From Amphiscolops sp. MND2022 (Eukaryota): 64,000 nucleotides of DNA. The stretch lies in the NCBI GenBank assembly GCA_964187785.1, contig OZ076409.1, positions 99,574,001 through 99,638,000 of the forward strand, read 5' to 3'. A program made the translations under genes and the position numbers. Below are positions 12,894-24,900 of the stretch, in pieces. How positions within the stretch are numbered: position 1 is the first letter of the stretch; the number at the start of each line of letters is the position of its first letter. The notes beneath the pieces are model-generated. The model saw only the letters and a list, made by a program, of their open reading frames with translations, ran no database searches and was not told where the DNA came from.

Positions 12894-13625
12894 TGTAACG
12901 GCAAGCTCTGGTACAGCAACATCAACTTCGACATGTTCAGAAAATTTTGTCAAAAATTCGTTCAAATTTGACGTGGCACTCAAACATGCTCAAGACGAAG
13001 TACCTGCCAGAAAAGCACCCCAGAAAAAGCAGAAATCGCCGCTCGCGACGAACAAGCACCGGAGACGACTAAAAAGACGTCCCCGACGTATACAGAACAC
13101 GGTATTGTGTCGATCTCTAGGAGATATCCATTACTACAGTAAAGGAAACCAGTGTTCCAGATGTTCGCCTGAGTATCCCTGCGGTATCCTGTGTGGCAAC
13201 TAGCGCTAGCGCTGGGAACCTGAGGTCAATCTTCATCAAATGACTCTGAACTCTTGATTTCTTGTTGTATTTTTCGATGTGGTAAATTAATATGCTCGAG
13301 AGCTGTTGTTTAACATCTGTTTTTCCAATTTGGCGATTTTATCAGATTCTCCAATATTACGGTTCAACCTTCATCGATTTTCAGCCCAATTTTTAAAGGC
13401 TAGTTGAGCAGTGGTCTTGAGTCTTGCAAGATGCCTGTTACTTTTAGCAGTTACAGACTAGGACCAGGCCAGAGAGCGTCCTACAAGACGGTTCCCCCAC
13501 CTTGGGACTGACTCCTTCGGAGGGAAAATGAGCTAGAGCCGCGGAGATCTAGGTCCCGGATTATATTCGCTGTTCTAGTTCCTCCACTCTACGTTGCGGT
13601 TCAAGCGCCAGCGCTTATCGTTACA
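12894..13625 (+). repeat. 5' LTR of Gypsy B
   Basis: TGTAACG...CGTTACA; direct repeat of 31025-31756. Confidence 0.98.
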
Positions 13626-13640
13626 TAGAAACTCATTTTT

Positions 13641-13657
13641 TGGCGACCACAGAGGGA
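13641..13657 (+). promoter_or_regulatory. PBS TGGCGACCACAGAGGGA (tRNA-Arg-like)
   Basis: Resembles the reverse complement of a eukaryotic tRNA-Arg(TCG) 3' end; 15 nt downstream of the LTR. Confidence 0.75.
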
Positions 13658-16394
13658 TCGTCTTGGGAAGCTTTCCCTAGCGGTTTTTAAAAGATCTGGC
13701 CCCCTGGTGTTCAACGCCAAGCCCGTTTTCGACTCTGGACAGGAGAGAAGAGCAGAGTTTTACCTCTTTTTAGTCGTATTACGTCTTACTGGAACTGGGA
13801 GAGGCGTTGAACCAGCGAAAATGCCGAAGAAAACGTGTTTTCAGGTGCGAAAATGGCATTTTTGGGCATTTTAGAAGGAAATCGCTCTTTATGTGTGATG
13901 TGTTGTATACCCATCAGCGGGTACTTTTTTGCAGGTGTAGAGGACCGTAGCACGTGGCTACGGGTGTCTAACAGGTTTTTTGAGCTATTTTCAGCCATTT
14001 TATGCTATGCAAGAGGGTAACGGATGGATGGTTGACCATACTCCAGCGAGGCGAAGGAGGGGACAAATCTTGTGTTGCCTACTTCCTATTCCCATTTCTC
14101 GTGGAGACGTCCTAGAGGCATGGTTTTTGGTGGACAGCAAGTACAACGACAGACGGTGCTAATGGTCCCACCCGCGTGTTTCTATCTGGTCTAGAAGTGG
14201 AGAAATAACGTGGTGAAGATGCACCCCCTAGGACCAGATGAGTCGCTCAGATGGAGTATGGTTGGCGAAAATTTTGAAAATACACCTCTTTCGATGGAGA
14301 ATCGATGGTGCAGGTCAGTGACGTTCTACCATAAATGTAACGACACCCAACAAAGTGCTTTTCTGCGAAAAAGATGGCACTTTGAGAAAAAACCTCATTT
14401 TTGCGTTTTTTTGGTGTTTTTCTTGGTTTCGAGCACTAGTGCTCACAGAAGCCAGGAAAGTGTGGTGGAAAGTTTTGAAAAAGCAGCTGCAAGGCTCGAG
14501 AAAGCCGGCACGAGGCACGAAAGGCGAAGTTGAAGCCTTTGATTGTGATAAAAGTGCCAATTTGATGCCGAAAAATGTGAAAAAAGTGGAAATTTGGCCA
14601 AAAAGGCACCCAAAATGTGAACGTACACGAGTGTGGAAGTGTAGAATGACAGTGTACGGCACTATCCCAAGTGTAGTTGACCCTCAGGCTACTAATTGTA
14701 ACTTTTGTAGCGGACTCAGGCAGCCTGGGGCTGATACAGTGCGAAAAACTTGTGATTTTTGGCATTTCCGAGTAGAGAAAGCGCATTAACCAAAAACACC
14801 CAGAGCAGAGCTTATTCGAAGAGAGCAGGTTTGAGCGCTCTCATTTTCGATTGTAGCAGCAAAAACAACGCATTGTGGTGAAAACCGCATGCGAAAATTC
14901 CTTTTCAGCGTCGAGAAAAGTTGAAAAACCTTGATTTTTGGCCAGTTTCAGGAGTGCCAGAGTGCATCATCAAAACCTCTAGGGCGCTCAGTGTTTTGGA
15001 GACCGGGGAGCCCGCGCGCTCCTATTTTCTGTTTTTATAATACAAACTACGCATTGTGGTGAAAACCGCGTGCAAAAACTCCCACTCAGTGCTGAGAAAA
15101 GTGGAAAAACGCACTGAATTTGGTCAATTTTCCACAAAACCGGATTGTCTCTGAGCTATTCCTGAACCCTAGCCAAAAAGCGGTTGCATCTTCGCAACCA
15201 CCACAAAAATTAACGATAGTGCCGAAAAGTTGGCGAGCGTATCGCTCACCAAAGTCGAGAAAAGCTCTCTGACGTTTTGACTTCGGAGAAGCGTAAAAGG
15301 ACCGAAAAAATCCAAAACTGCCGGACTGTCAGTGCCTTATACCTAACGGGCACAACCAATTGAGGGTTTATCCCAGTGTTACGGATAGTGGGGCGACACG
15401 TTGGTCCCATTTTGTCTGCCGTATTACTTTCTGAGGTGATCCTCTTGGTCAATTTGTGAAAAAAGTAGTCAAAAACAGTGTTTTTTTGTGTACAACGTAC
15501 GTAGTAGGTCGAAACCTCAAATAAGCGCTCGCGCTTCAATTCGACCATATCAGTGGCATTGTAGGTGCCCACAGGCATAAACTACCAAGTTTGGTGCCGA
15601 TTTGTGTGATACTTGTTGAGAAAATAGGAAAAACGTGGCACCCAAAAAGGCGTGCAAAAAGGCAGTTTTTTCTTAATTTTTCCGAGTAACCCGGGCACCT
15701 TAGCCGACGGGTGGGGCTATATTGCAGCCCACCATCGTACCTTGTGCTAGTTTCTACGTTGCTGCAGAGAATTTGAGCTGGCTAGCTCTTTCCAGTGGAC
15801 CGCAATCTTGAAAAAGACGTGAGAAACAGTGTATTTCGGTACATAGTGGTACCGCACGTCTGTACCTAGGTGAAACTGTGTAGAAGGGGCGCAACTCAAA
15901 ACTGTGCTCATTTTCGTAAACCTACGTGTACCTAAGATCTGCTGGCCAATTTTGGGCTGGATACGGCGCTTCCCGTGCATACCCGAGCCTTTGGAGAGTT
16001 ATCGTGCGAATTTTGAAAAATCCGAAAATTCCTTGAAATCCTTCCTGTGGGTGACTGGAGACTTTTTGCCTCAAACGAAGTTGATTTTCCAGCCCAGTGT
16101 GCTCGTGGAAAAACGCTGTGCAAATTTGAACGGCCTACGAGCTCTAGGACGCGTTTCAAAAATCTAGAATGTTGAATATCACCAAAATTCTTAAGTGCTC
16201 ACAGGGACGACCAAGGGATCAGCTTCGAATTGAAGACCCTGGTACGTTCGGCGACCCACTTTGAGTCTTCCGAGTAATCTTGCGCGGTAACTCGATCGCT
16301 ATTGATAAACGCGTTGGCCACCGAACCGATGGCGGTGTCCCATACTGGTTCACAATCATGGGTCACGATAGAGGGTTCGTGTTTTTCAGACAAC

Positions 16395-18941
16395 ATGTCT
16401 GACGAAGTCACTATCGAACAACAGCGAAAGGAGGAATTGGCCGCTATGGTTCCTCCCTCAGAAAACTCCAGTATTTCTGCAAATTCGCGCCGAACTGAGC
16501 AGTGGGTCGACGAAACCTGCCGCGACAGAGCTAATGAAGTGGAAGAGGGCTGGCCTAATTCGAACATGACCGATGAACTGGCGGCTGAGGAAGGGTGCTC
16601 GCGCGCACCCCCGGCTGGAGAAAGACAACTTGGCTCACAAGCTGACATGGAGCAGGACCTCACTTATGTGGGAGGCATGAGTTACGCGCGACAGCGGGGG
16701 CTCGGGACCACTCGAGGACCTACCCGGGTCTGTGCCTACGGGAAGCACAAGATGGTACGACCACCTCTGCTACAGGTAGGCGAGCCACGCCAAGAGGCAT
16801 CCCGTGTCAGGAGTATGACAGGCTCAATGGCCTCATCGCAACGGTCCTCAGTATACAAGGCAGCATTATTGGATGCCCAAGCCGAAACCCAACGGGCCCT
16901 AGCAGGTCTGGCCAGCACTCGTGCTGAATGCAATGAGCAACACCTGGCTATCGTAGAGAACATTAAAATGATGCAGACAACGATGCGTGAAGGCCTGCAG
17001 GTCAGTGATCAATTGCGCACCGCGCAGAATGTGCAAAATGCCCGAGTGGACACATTGGGTCACCGGATAGGAGAGATGAACGACACGTTGATGTCTCGCG
17101 AGCTGCGCGTGGAAACGCAGATCAACGACTTAAGCAATCAGATGCACACGGTACTCAATGCCATTGATGTCACGAGGCGTGAGAAGTCACTCCCGCGGCA
17201 GCCCGGTGCAAGTGGAGGCGTGCGGAATGGAGGTACAGTCCGTGTCTCGGAGCCGATGTGCCCGGGTCAGGTAGTGAAGTCGGAACTGCCGAGCGCGCTA
17301 AAGCCTAGCACTTCCAGGCCGGCGGTGCCTGCGCCCCGGAAAGATGAAGGAGTAGCCGGAAATTTGGTGATGGCCACGCCTGAAGCAGAGCGCAAGCCTG
17401 CACGAGTGCAGATGAGGGGGCATCACGACTCAGCAGAATCATCGATGCCTTCTGCAACCCAGAGTACCACTCGAGATCAAGGCGTGGACCCGATGTCGAC
17501 CATCTCTCTTGACTCCTCGGTCGAAGTCGACCTATCTAACACCAAACCAACCCTAGGCTCTCAAACCGAGGGAGCAACGTTTGCAACTGCCCCTATTTCG
17601 ATGTCAGGACCAGATTCTTTATACTGGACCGCAGACTTGTCAGCCGAACATGGACTGCCCTCGGGCACTCCCTGTGCTAGCAGCACTCGTAAGAAGGACG
17701 AAATCGCTGACCTGTCGATACAAGCCACTCTTGGTAGTCATGACAGGACACGCGAAGAGGAGGCCAAGGCCGATGAAGGAGAAGCCATATCCCCCGAGCA
17801 GCTGAGATTCACGGCCGCCATATCAAAGGCGATGTCCAAAGAGTTAGCGCCCTTACTCGCCGGCAGAGACTTGGCTCAGGCGAGGCCCAATGTATATCGC
17901 GCGTCCAAAGAAGGATCCATTGATGGGTGGATCCTTATCATGCAGAGATACCTGAAGAGAACACAAGCCAAGGTCTCAGCCGAGGACCAGGCTTGGAGCA
18001 TCATCGGTCACCTTGAAGGTGAAGCCCGCAACTACATTATCAACAAAGCGGAATCCGAACGTGACACCCCCGAAAAGGTGTTCGAATTGTTATCCAGCCG
18101 CTTTGGCGCTGGAGGAAACCGCATGCAAGTGCGACAAGCTTTCCAGAGCCGCATTCAACAAGAGAAAGAAGACTGGATGCAGTATTTAGACGCTCTAGAG
18201 GGTCTTCGAAGTCAAGGATTCCCACAAGAGGCAATCACCACCAAGCGTTATGAAATCCTCCAGCGCTTCATGGAAGGTGTACGAGACCCAGCGCTGAGGC
18301 GAGAGCTGGCCATAGTGTATGCCTCGGAAGTCTTCCTGACCGAGCCACCTACGGTGGAATCCCTCCGCTTCACCACCCGCCAATTGCAGCGCAACCGTCC
18401 AAAACCTAACCAATTCCCTCAACCCTATGACCCCAGACTAGCAATGAGGTCTCGACCTCATCCCTTCGCGCCACTACCCCCCAACAAAATGGTGTTACCA
18501 CAAGGAGTAATGCCTCCCCCACCTGCGAGTAATGCCCCCAATCAAGCAGCAGTGCAGCCTGCGGCACGCCTACCCGTTGGCGCGTGCTATAATTGCGGTC
18601 AAGCTGGGCATTTTGCCCGGGACTGTCCCGCCCGTGATCAAGCTCGCAAACCAGTGGCAGCTCCTGAACCAGAAGGCGTGAAAGTCACTGCCGAAGACGT
18701 AACTGATGGCGTGTTGGAGAGCTATCCAAGCATTCATCAGTGTGCGCACTGTGGAGTCTATGACCATGTGGATGTCCCCTGTGGTGAGCATTCCCAAGCT
18801 CCGAGGCCTAATGATGAATTGGCCTACAATCGATGGGCTGAAGTGGAATCCGCTGGTGTGGCCGCCCACACGGTACCCCTGGAAGATGATCGTGTATTAA
18901 TGCTACACCCAGCGGAGCCCCCGGCGTTTCACCCCCACTGA
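16395..18941 (+). CDS. gag: Gag of Gypsy B (long N-terminal extension with coiled coil, capsid-like domain, two CCHC knuckles)
   Basis: Likely start ATG 16395 just after a TTTTTCAG acceptor-like site; LEGEARNY..FQSRIQQEKE..; CYNCGQAGHFARDC and CAHCGVYDHVDVPC. Confidence 0.9.
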   Translation: MSDEVTIEQQRKEELAAMVPPSENSSISANSRRTEQWVDETCRDRANEVEEGWPNSNMTDELAAEEGCSRAPPAGERQLGSQADMEQDLTYVGGMSYARQRGLGTTRGPTRVCAYGKHKMVRPPLLQVGEPRQEASRVRSMTGSMASSQRSSVYKAALLDAQAETQRALAGLASTRAECNEQHLAIVENIKMMQTTMREGLQVSDQLRTAQNVQNARVDTLGHRIGEMNDTLMSRELRVETQINDLSNQMHTVLNAIDVTRREKSLPRQPGASGGVRNGGTVRVSEPMCPGQVVKSELPSALKPSTSRPAVPAPRKDEGVAGNLVMATPEAERKPARVQMRGHHDSAESSMPSATQSTTRDQGVDPMSTISLDSSVEVDLSNTKPTLGSQTEGATFATAPISMSGPDSLYWTADLSAEHGLPSGTPCASSTRKKDEIADLSIQATLGSHDRTREEEAKADEGEAISPEQLRFTAAISKAMSKELAPLLAGRDLAQARPNVYRASKEGSIDGWILIMQRYLKRTQAKVSAEDQAWSIIGHLEGEARNYIINKAESERDTPEKVFELLSSRFGAGGNRMQVRQAFQSRIQQEKEDWMQYLDALEGLRSQGFPQEAITTKRYEILQRFMEGVRDPALRRELAIVYASEVFLTEPPTVESLRFTTRQLQRNRPKPNQFPQPYDPRLAMRSRPHPFAPLPPNKMVLPQGVMPPPPASNAPNQAAVQPAARLPVGACYNCGQAGHFARDCPARDQARKPVAAPEPEGVKVTAEDVTDGVLESYPSIHQCAHCGVYDHVDVPCGEHSQAPRPNDELAYNRWAEVESAGVAAHTVPLEDDRVLMLHPAEPPAFHPH

Positions 18942-21900
18942 TAGTTACATGTGGGACAAAGCAGATCCAGACGTGCCTGGAGCCCACAACGTTCGATCCA
19001 CAAGGGAGGACGTTGATCTCGATTCATCTTATGCTGGCGGCCGAGCAGGTGCGCAGACCAACGTTAACTTTGGCAAAACTCTGGGTTGAGCTATCTGTCC
19101 TCTACAACCGGATGGAATTGCCCCGCCCAAAACAATGGCACGTCCCCGGAGAGTCAGAGACCCTGACTACATACTCGCCAGTACCAGTCTGTGCAACGAT
19201 GGACGGCGTGGACGTGAAATTCGAGGCCTGTGTGGTGGTAGATGTATTCCCACCCGGCTTTTGCTTGGGACCTCAAGAGCTGAAATGCTATAATATCAAT
19301 CACCAAGAACCCACCGGGGAAGCGCGAATAGATGAGCGTGCGTCGCTCGTTGTCTCCTTTGTGGTGCCACATGCGGCACCTATCCCACTGCGAGGCCTGG
19401 TGGACACTGGTTCTGGAGTATCAATACTAACCTTCTCCGCCTTCAACCGGGTAGCTGCACGGACCGGAGCGGTCCTGAAACCCTATCAAATTGATTTGTA
19501 CGCTGCCAATGGGAAGACAATAAAGACCTTCGGGCTGGCTGAGCAGATACGCTTCCAGCTGGGAGGGTATGAACTCGAAACCAATTTCGTTGTGGTAGAT
19601 GACGCAATGGGCGTGGAGGACTTTCTGTTGGGTCGAAACTTCCTTCGTTCCTACCAAGTTTTGGTAGATCTGACCTCCATGAAGATAGTGGTGCGAGCAC
19701 CAGTGAAGCCCGTCTGGCATCATGCACACACCCAGGTAGGTGATGCTTCACTAACTACCCCCATTGCTCTGGACAGTGACTTGGTCCTACAGCCTTTCGA
19801 GCGTACAGTGGCGAAGGCCAAACTCTTCACCAACGCGCTTGAACCATTAATCTTCCAGACCGTGGCGCTTAACGCCTCGTTGTCTGATCCCTCATTGCAA
19901 AATACCATCTTTTTAGAGGACAGCGTGGCCACTGTCAGTGAGACAGGAACACTGTATGTGAGTCTGGTAAATCTCACCAGCAACCAACAGCGTGTACGAT
20001 GTGGTGCCCACCTAGGCACGGTAGTGCCTGTGTCTCTAGTATACCAAGCTGTGCCCCAAAAGCTGGATGCTACTGCGGAAACTGACCACAAAACTGAAGC
20101 CGACAACAGTCGAGCAAATTTTGTTTAAAAAGTTTACAGTGAAATGAATCTATCTACTGCTTCTGAGTTAACCTCTTCATCTGAATTTGAGTTTTTGTCT
20201 TCTACGGATCCAAGTGAAGCGGGGCTTTCGGAGCGCGAGATTCGCAAGCGCGCCGATCCCGACCTATTGGCCCCGATCCCAGGGCCCGATTCTCAATTGC
20301 AAGAAGTCAAGAAACTCTGGGGCGCTAGCGCCTGCGAGTCCTTAGACAACATTCTTAACGAGTTTGATGACCTGTTCATGAAACGCAAGGCGGATATTGG
20401 CCGCTGTACTATTGCTAAACACACCATAGAGGTAGAGCCTGAGGCTGTACCGCACCGTGAAGGTGCACGGAGAATGTCTTCCGAAAAGGCTGAACGAGCC
20501 AACCAGGAGGTTCGGAGCTTATTAGCTTTAGGGATGATACAACCTTCACTGTCCCCATGGGCAAGCGGTATCGTAATGGTAAAAAAGAAAAGCGGGGAGT
20601 TGCGCTTTTGCTGTGACTTCCGACCGCTGAATGAAGTAACCATTAAGGATGCCTATACCCTGCCCCGTATCGATGAAAGCCTGGCGCGACTGGGCAATGC
20701 AAAGATCTACACCAGCATAGATCTTGCCTGGGCTTTTTGGCAAATTCCCTTGCGAAAGGCAGACCGCCACAAAACAGCCTTTGCCTGTGAGTTGGGGCTC
20801 TTTGAATGGCGAAGAATGCCATTTGGCTTGTGCAATGCGTCAGCCACTTTCCAGCGAGCAATAGCGCGAGCGCTGCAAAAAATAGTCAATCGCAAAGGCA
20901 GCATGGTCATGGCATACATCGACGACATAGTTATAGCAACTGAGACTGTGGAAGATCACATGGCGCGTTTGCGCGAGGTTTTTGAATGCCTCCGCGAAGC
21001 TGGCTTCAAGATGCGCGTAGCCAAATGCGACTTCATGAAACCAGAAATCAAATATCTGGGACGCGTGGTCTCAGCAGAAGGTGTCAAACCGGACCCGAAA
21101 GCTGTTGCCAAACTGCGCGATTGGGACATCCCCCGCAACAAAACTGAAATGCAAAGTTTCCTGGGATTCGCTAATTATTATCGTGAATTCATCCCGTGGC
21201 ATGCCAAGCTGGTGGCGCCCCTCCACGCCGTTACGGGACTGAATGCCACATTTGCATGGGGTCCTGACCAACAAAAAGCCTTCAACGAAATCAAGACAGC
21301 ATTGATCGAGGCGACTGCGCTCGCGCAGCCTGATTCCGAAGGAGAGTTTGTGCTGGACACCGATGCCAGCGCCGTTGCCATTTCCGGTATCCTACACCAG
21401 TGGCAAGGATCTCCAGGAGAGCGACGCCTACGACCGATCATATACGGCAGCAAGAAACTGACCACCACCCAAGCCAAATACGGGGCACCCTAGCTGGAGA
21501 TGTTTGCTGCCTACTACTTTATCCTCAAGTACCACAGCTATCTTTGTTCCCGCAAATTCACCCTGAGAGTCGACAACCAAGCCCTATCCTGGTTGAAAAC
21601 CTACTCCACGGACCAAGCATTGATTGGACGTTGGATTATGACACTGGACAGGTATCACTTTCGCGTGGAACATAGACCACGAACGCAGCACCGCAATGCT
21701 GATGGCTTGAGCAAACGGACCAACGAGTATCGATGCCGAGAACAGCAGCTTGCGCAGCTGCCAACCACTGGAGAGCGTTGGAACTTCCTCTCAGCCGCGG
21801 AATTCGACAACCTCCCCATAGCCCCATGGTTCGACCTGCAAGGTCGAATCATTCCAAATCATCCTGACCTACCACCGCATCTGCAGAACTTAGAGCCTAA

Positions 21901-24900
21901 GGCTCCTGACCAGGCACTCCGTGTGCTTCGCCGTGTGCAACGAGCGAACAAGCGAAAACGACAGGCGGAGGCGTTAGCCGCGCCTTTACCGCCTCAGCCT
22001 CCACCCGTATTGCAAAAACACGAAGACTTCTACCCAGACTATCCTGAAGACTGGATAGATGTCACCACTGAGGCCAGCGAGGATTACCTGCTGCCTACAC
22101 ACGCAGTAAATGTCCCCTCGCGCACCATCTATTCTGTGACGGAAACGAGTAAAGCCATGCTACAGAATTCTCCTGGTGGCGTGCGCGAGTCGATCATGGC
22201 CCTCAAGGATATCGACACCGAGCTCCATGAACACACACACACCGTGCATGGGATCAAGGACTTGGTTTTAGCCCAAAACCGCGATGTCCATGTCCTAGCA
22301 CTGAAAAAGCTCGTGCAGTGTGAATCCCTAGATAACGACGTGTTTCCCGAGAACGTGCGCGAGTTCGCACGAAATTACTTCCGCCAGAAAAAGGATCTCT
22401 TGTTCATAAACAAGAATCATGTCCTTTGCGTTCAGTACTCCCCCACCCAACGCCCACTGCACGAACGTCCGTGCATGATCATAATGCCCCAACTGTACCA
22501 GCACGAAATTCTGTTCCGCGCGCACGACGCAATGGGACATCAAGGTATCTCAAAAGTGGTAGCTCGAATTCAAGAGCGCCACACTTGGCCCGGCATAAGG
22601 CGCAGTGTCGGTCGATACGTCGGCCAATGCATCACCTGCCAACAAGTACGTGACAAGCCTGGTGACGTACGATTCCAGTTGAAAAATATTCAGAGTGGCT
22701 ACTTCAACGAGTTGGTCCAATATGACCACTTAAAAATTTGCCCCTCTGATAACAACAACACTGGCATTTTGGTCATCATCGACCATTTCTCTAAGTTTGC
22801 AGAGGCAGTCCCTTGTAGTCATCATGACTATGACGCAGTGACTACCTCACGATTGCTGCTGCAGAAATGGTTTGCCCGCCACGGCACCCCCACTCGCATG
22901 CAATCAGACAATGCTCCCAACCTTACTGCTGAAGTCTCTAATGAGTTTCTAAAGGCAGCTCACGTCACTAAGGTGACCTCCACTGCCGGACATCCACGAA
23001 CTCAAGGCTTGGTGGAACGGCAAAACCGTACCCTCTTAACCTTGTTGCGAGTCTTTTGTTCACGTCGCATGCGCGACTGGGACCAGTGCTTAGATGAAGT
23101 GATCGGTGCCTATAATTCCACCAGGCACGCCACTACAGGCTTCTCGGCCTACATGTTAACAAGGAGTGTTGAGAAAGCAATTCCCCTCACCTTTTTATAC
23201 CCCGAATTTGCAGCCAAGTCCTTCGGTACGCATGAAGCATACGTGGATCATGTGTTGGCTCGCCAACCAGAAATTCACGACTTGGTCCGGCGCAACACGC
23301 ACCGCGCCCAATTGCGCCAAAAACTGAAATATGATCGTGCTACCCGAGTACGAGCTTACCAGCCGGGAGAGCTCGTCTGGGTTTTTTGCCGCTACGTGCC
23401 GCAAAAAGGCTCTCCAAAATTGATGCGCGCCTGGCGTGGCCCGCACAAAATAGTGCAAGTTTTTCAAGAAGGACGTGTCTACGCATTGGACACAGGCCAA
23501 AAGGGTCATTTTGAGCGCCTGAAACCTCATAATAGTGGGCCCCTTGAGCTCGCCACCGCGCAAGCGGACAGCGGCGAAATCGTGGTACTCATGGACCCTG
23601 ACCTTGAACGTTCTATTGAAGCAGTTGACGACGATAAGTCCCAGCCTTCATATAAAACTGAGCAACTACTTTCAGAAGCATCTGACGTATCCTTGCCTTC
23701 GCGCAAGCAACATTGGATGGATACCCGTCTGCGCACAAAGTTACGTGCTGGAGGTTCCCGCATGCACTACCAGCAATTCGACTACTCAACTTCGGGCACT
23801 GACGACGAGTTGTCCGAAGTCATGCTACCGGTACCTCTTGATCCCGTTGATGCCGATCGCAGGGAGCCCGAACCCCAACTCCCTTCAGACCAATCAATAT
23901 CACCTGCCCATCATCTGCCTCAACTATTCTCCGACCATGAGCGCGCGCGCTCTCCGTCACCACGGATATCCTCTCCCGAAAGACAGCCCTCCTTACTGGG
24001 CACATCGGCCCCACTACTGACAAATCCATCACTGACGAGTTTCCTCAATAACTATCCCATTTGGCCGGCCGCTCCTTCCCTTCCTCTAAAATCCGCCACT
24101 GAGGATGACGACGCTCAGTCCAATGTCCCTACTCTTCCCACAACATTGCCCGGAGCGGGGACCGCTCCTTCTTTCAGAAGGGGGAGGGGGAGACCACCCA
24201 AAACGCGAAAATGGCTGGTCAGAGCGAAGGCAAGAACGAGGAAGAAAGAAATTACGACAACAATGCCGTCGGAAACAGCAATACCGACCGAAGCTTCCGA
24301 GGTCGCCCGATATCAACTGAGAAGCAGACGGCAGCCACGCTTTAAGTGCGGGACCTGTGGGCTGCGAGACTGTGTTTGCTTGCTAGCCGTCAATGAGAAC
24401 CGGAGGGTTCCCACTGGAGCCCGGGGAGTCCCTCCAGAGCGGGGAGAAAATCTAGTACATCGCCTTACGGTAAGAGCTGAAAAGACTTATTCCTCCCTGG
24501 AACGACACGGAGACCATCCCGTGGACACTATCCTGGAGAAGTTATCACTACCTGGAGTAGCGAAGGCCCCATGTCCTCGCTTCAAGGAGTGGACTAGCGA
24601 TGGAAAAGGGTTAGAGTTCACCCTCGCAACAGTGATGCCCCCAGTTACCAGCAATATTGCTTTTGGCCCTTCAACTTCGAGCGGGAGCCTGTGCAAATGG
24701 TCCGATGCATCACCGCTGATCTTCTCTGTGACAAATACGGAATTCACGTGGATCCGGGCGGGGTATACAGCCCAGCGCCGCACTTGTGGTTGCTGGTCAC
24801 TGCTCCACGAGTGGAGACAATAGTGGAACCATTGCACCTGCTGTCCTGCTTGGAAGGTCTGAGGACCCTCACTACCGCGGACTTGATACTTTGCTTTCAC

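Noticed and set aside
13786..16167. Short ORFs in the leader of Gypsy B
   Set aside because: Overlapping, at most 144 aa, no motifs, AT-run-rich non-coding character
18925..18945. Programmed -1 frameshift between gag and pol
   Set aside because: No canonical X XXY YYZ slippery site; a 1-nt loss in the C run is equally likely. Unresolved without other copies
20126..21493. Programmed stop-codon readthrough at TAA 20126 and TAG 21491
   Set aside because: The TAG lies inside a conserved RNase H motif, so these are best read as nonsense mutations
23530..24170. Chromodomain after integrase
   Set aside because: No aromatic-cage pattern; region is low-complexity Pro/Ser/acidic
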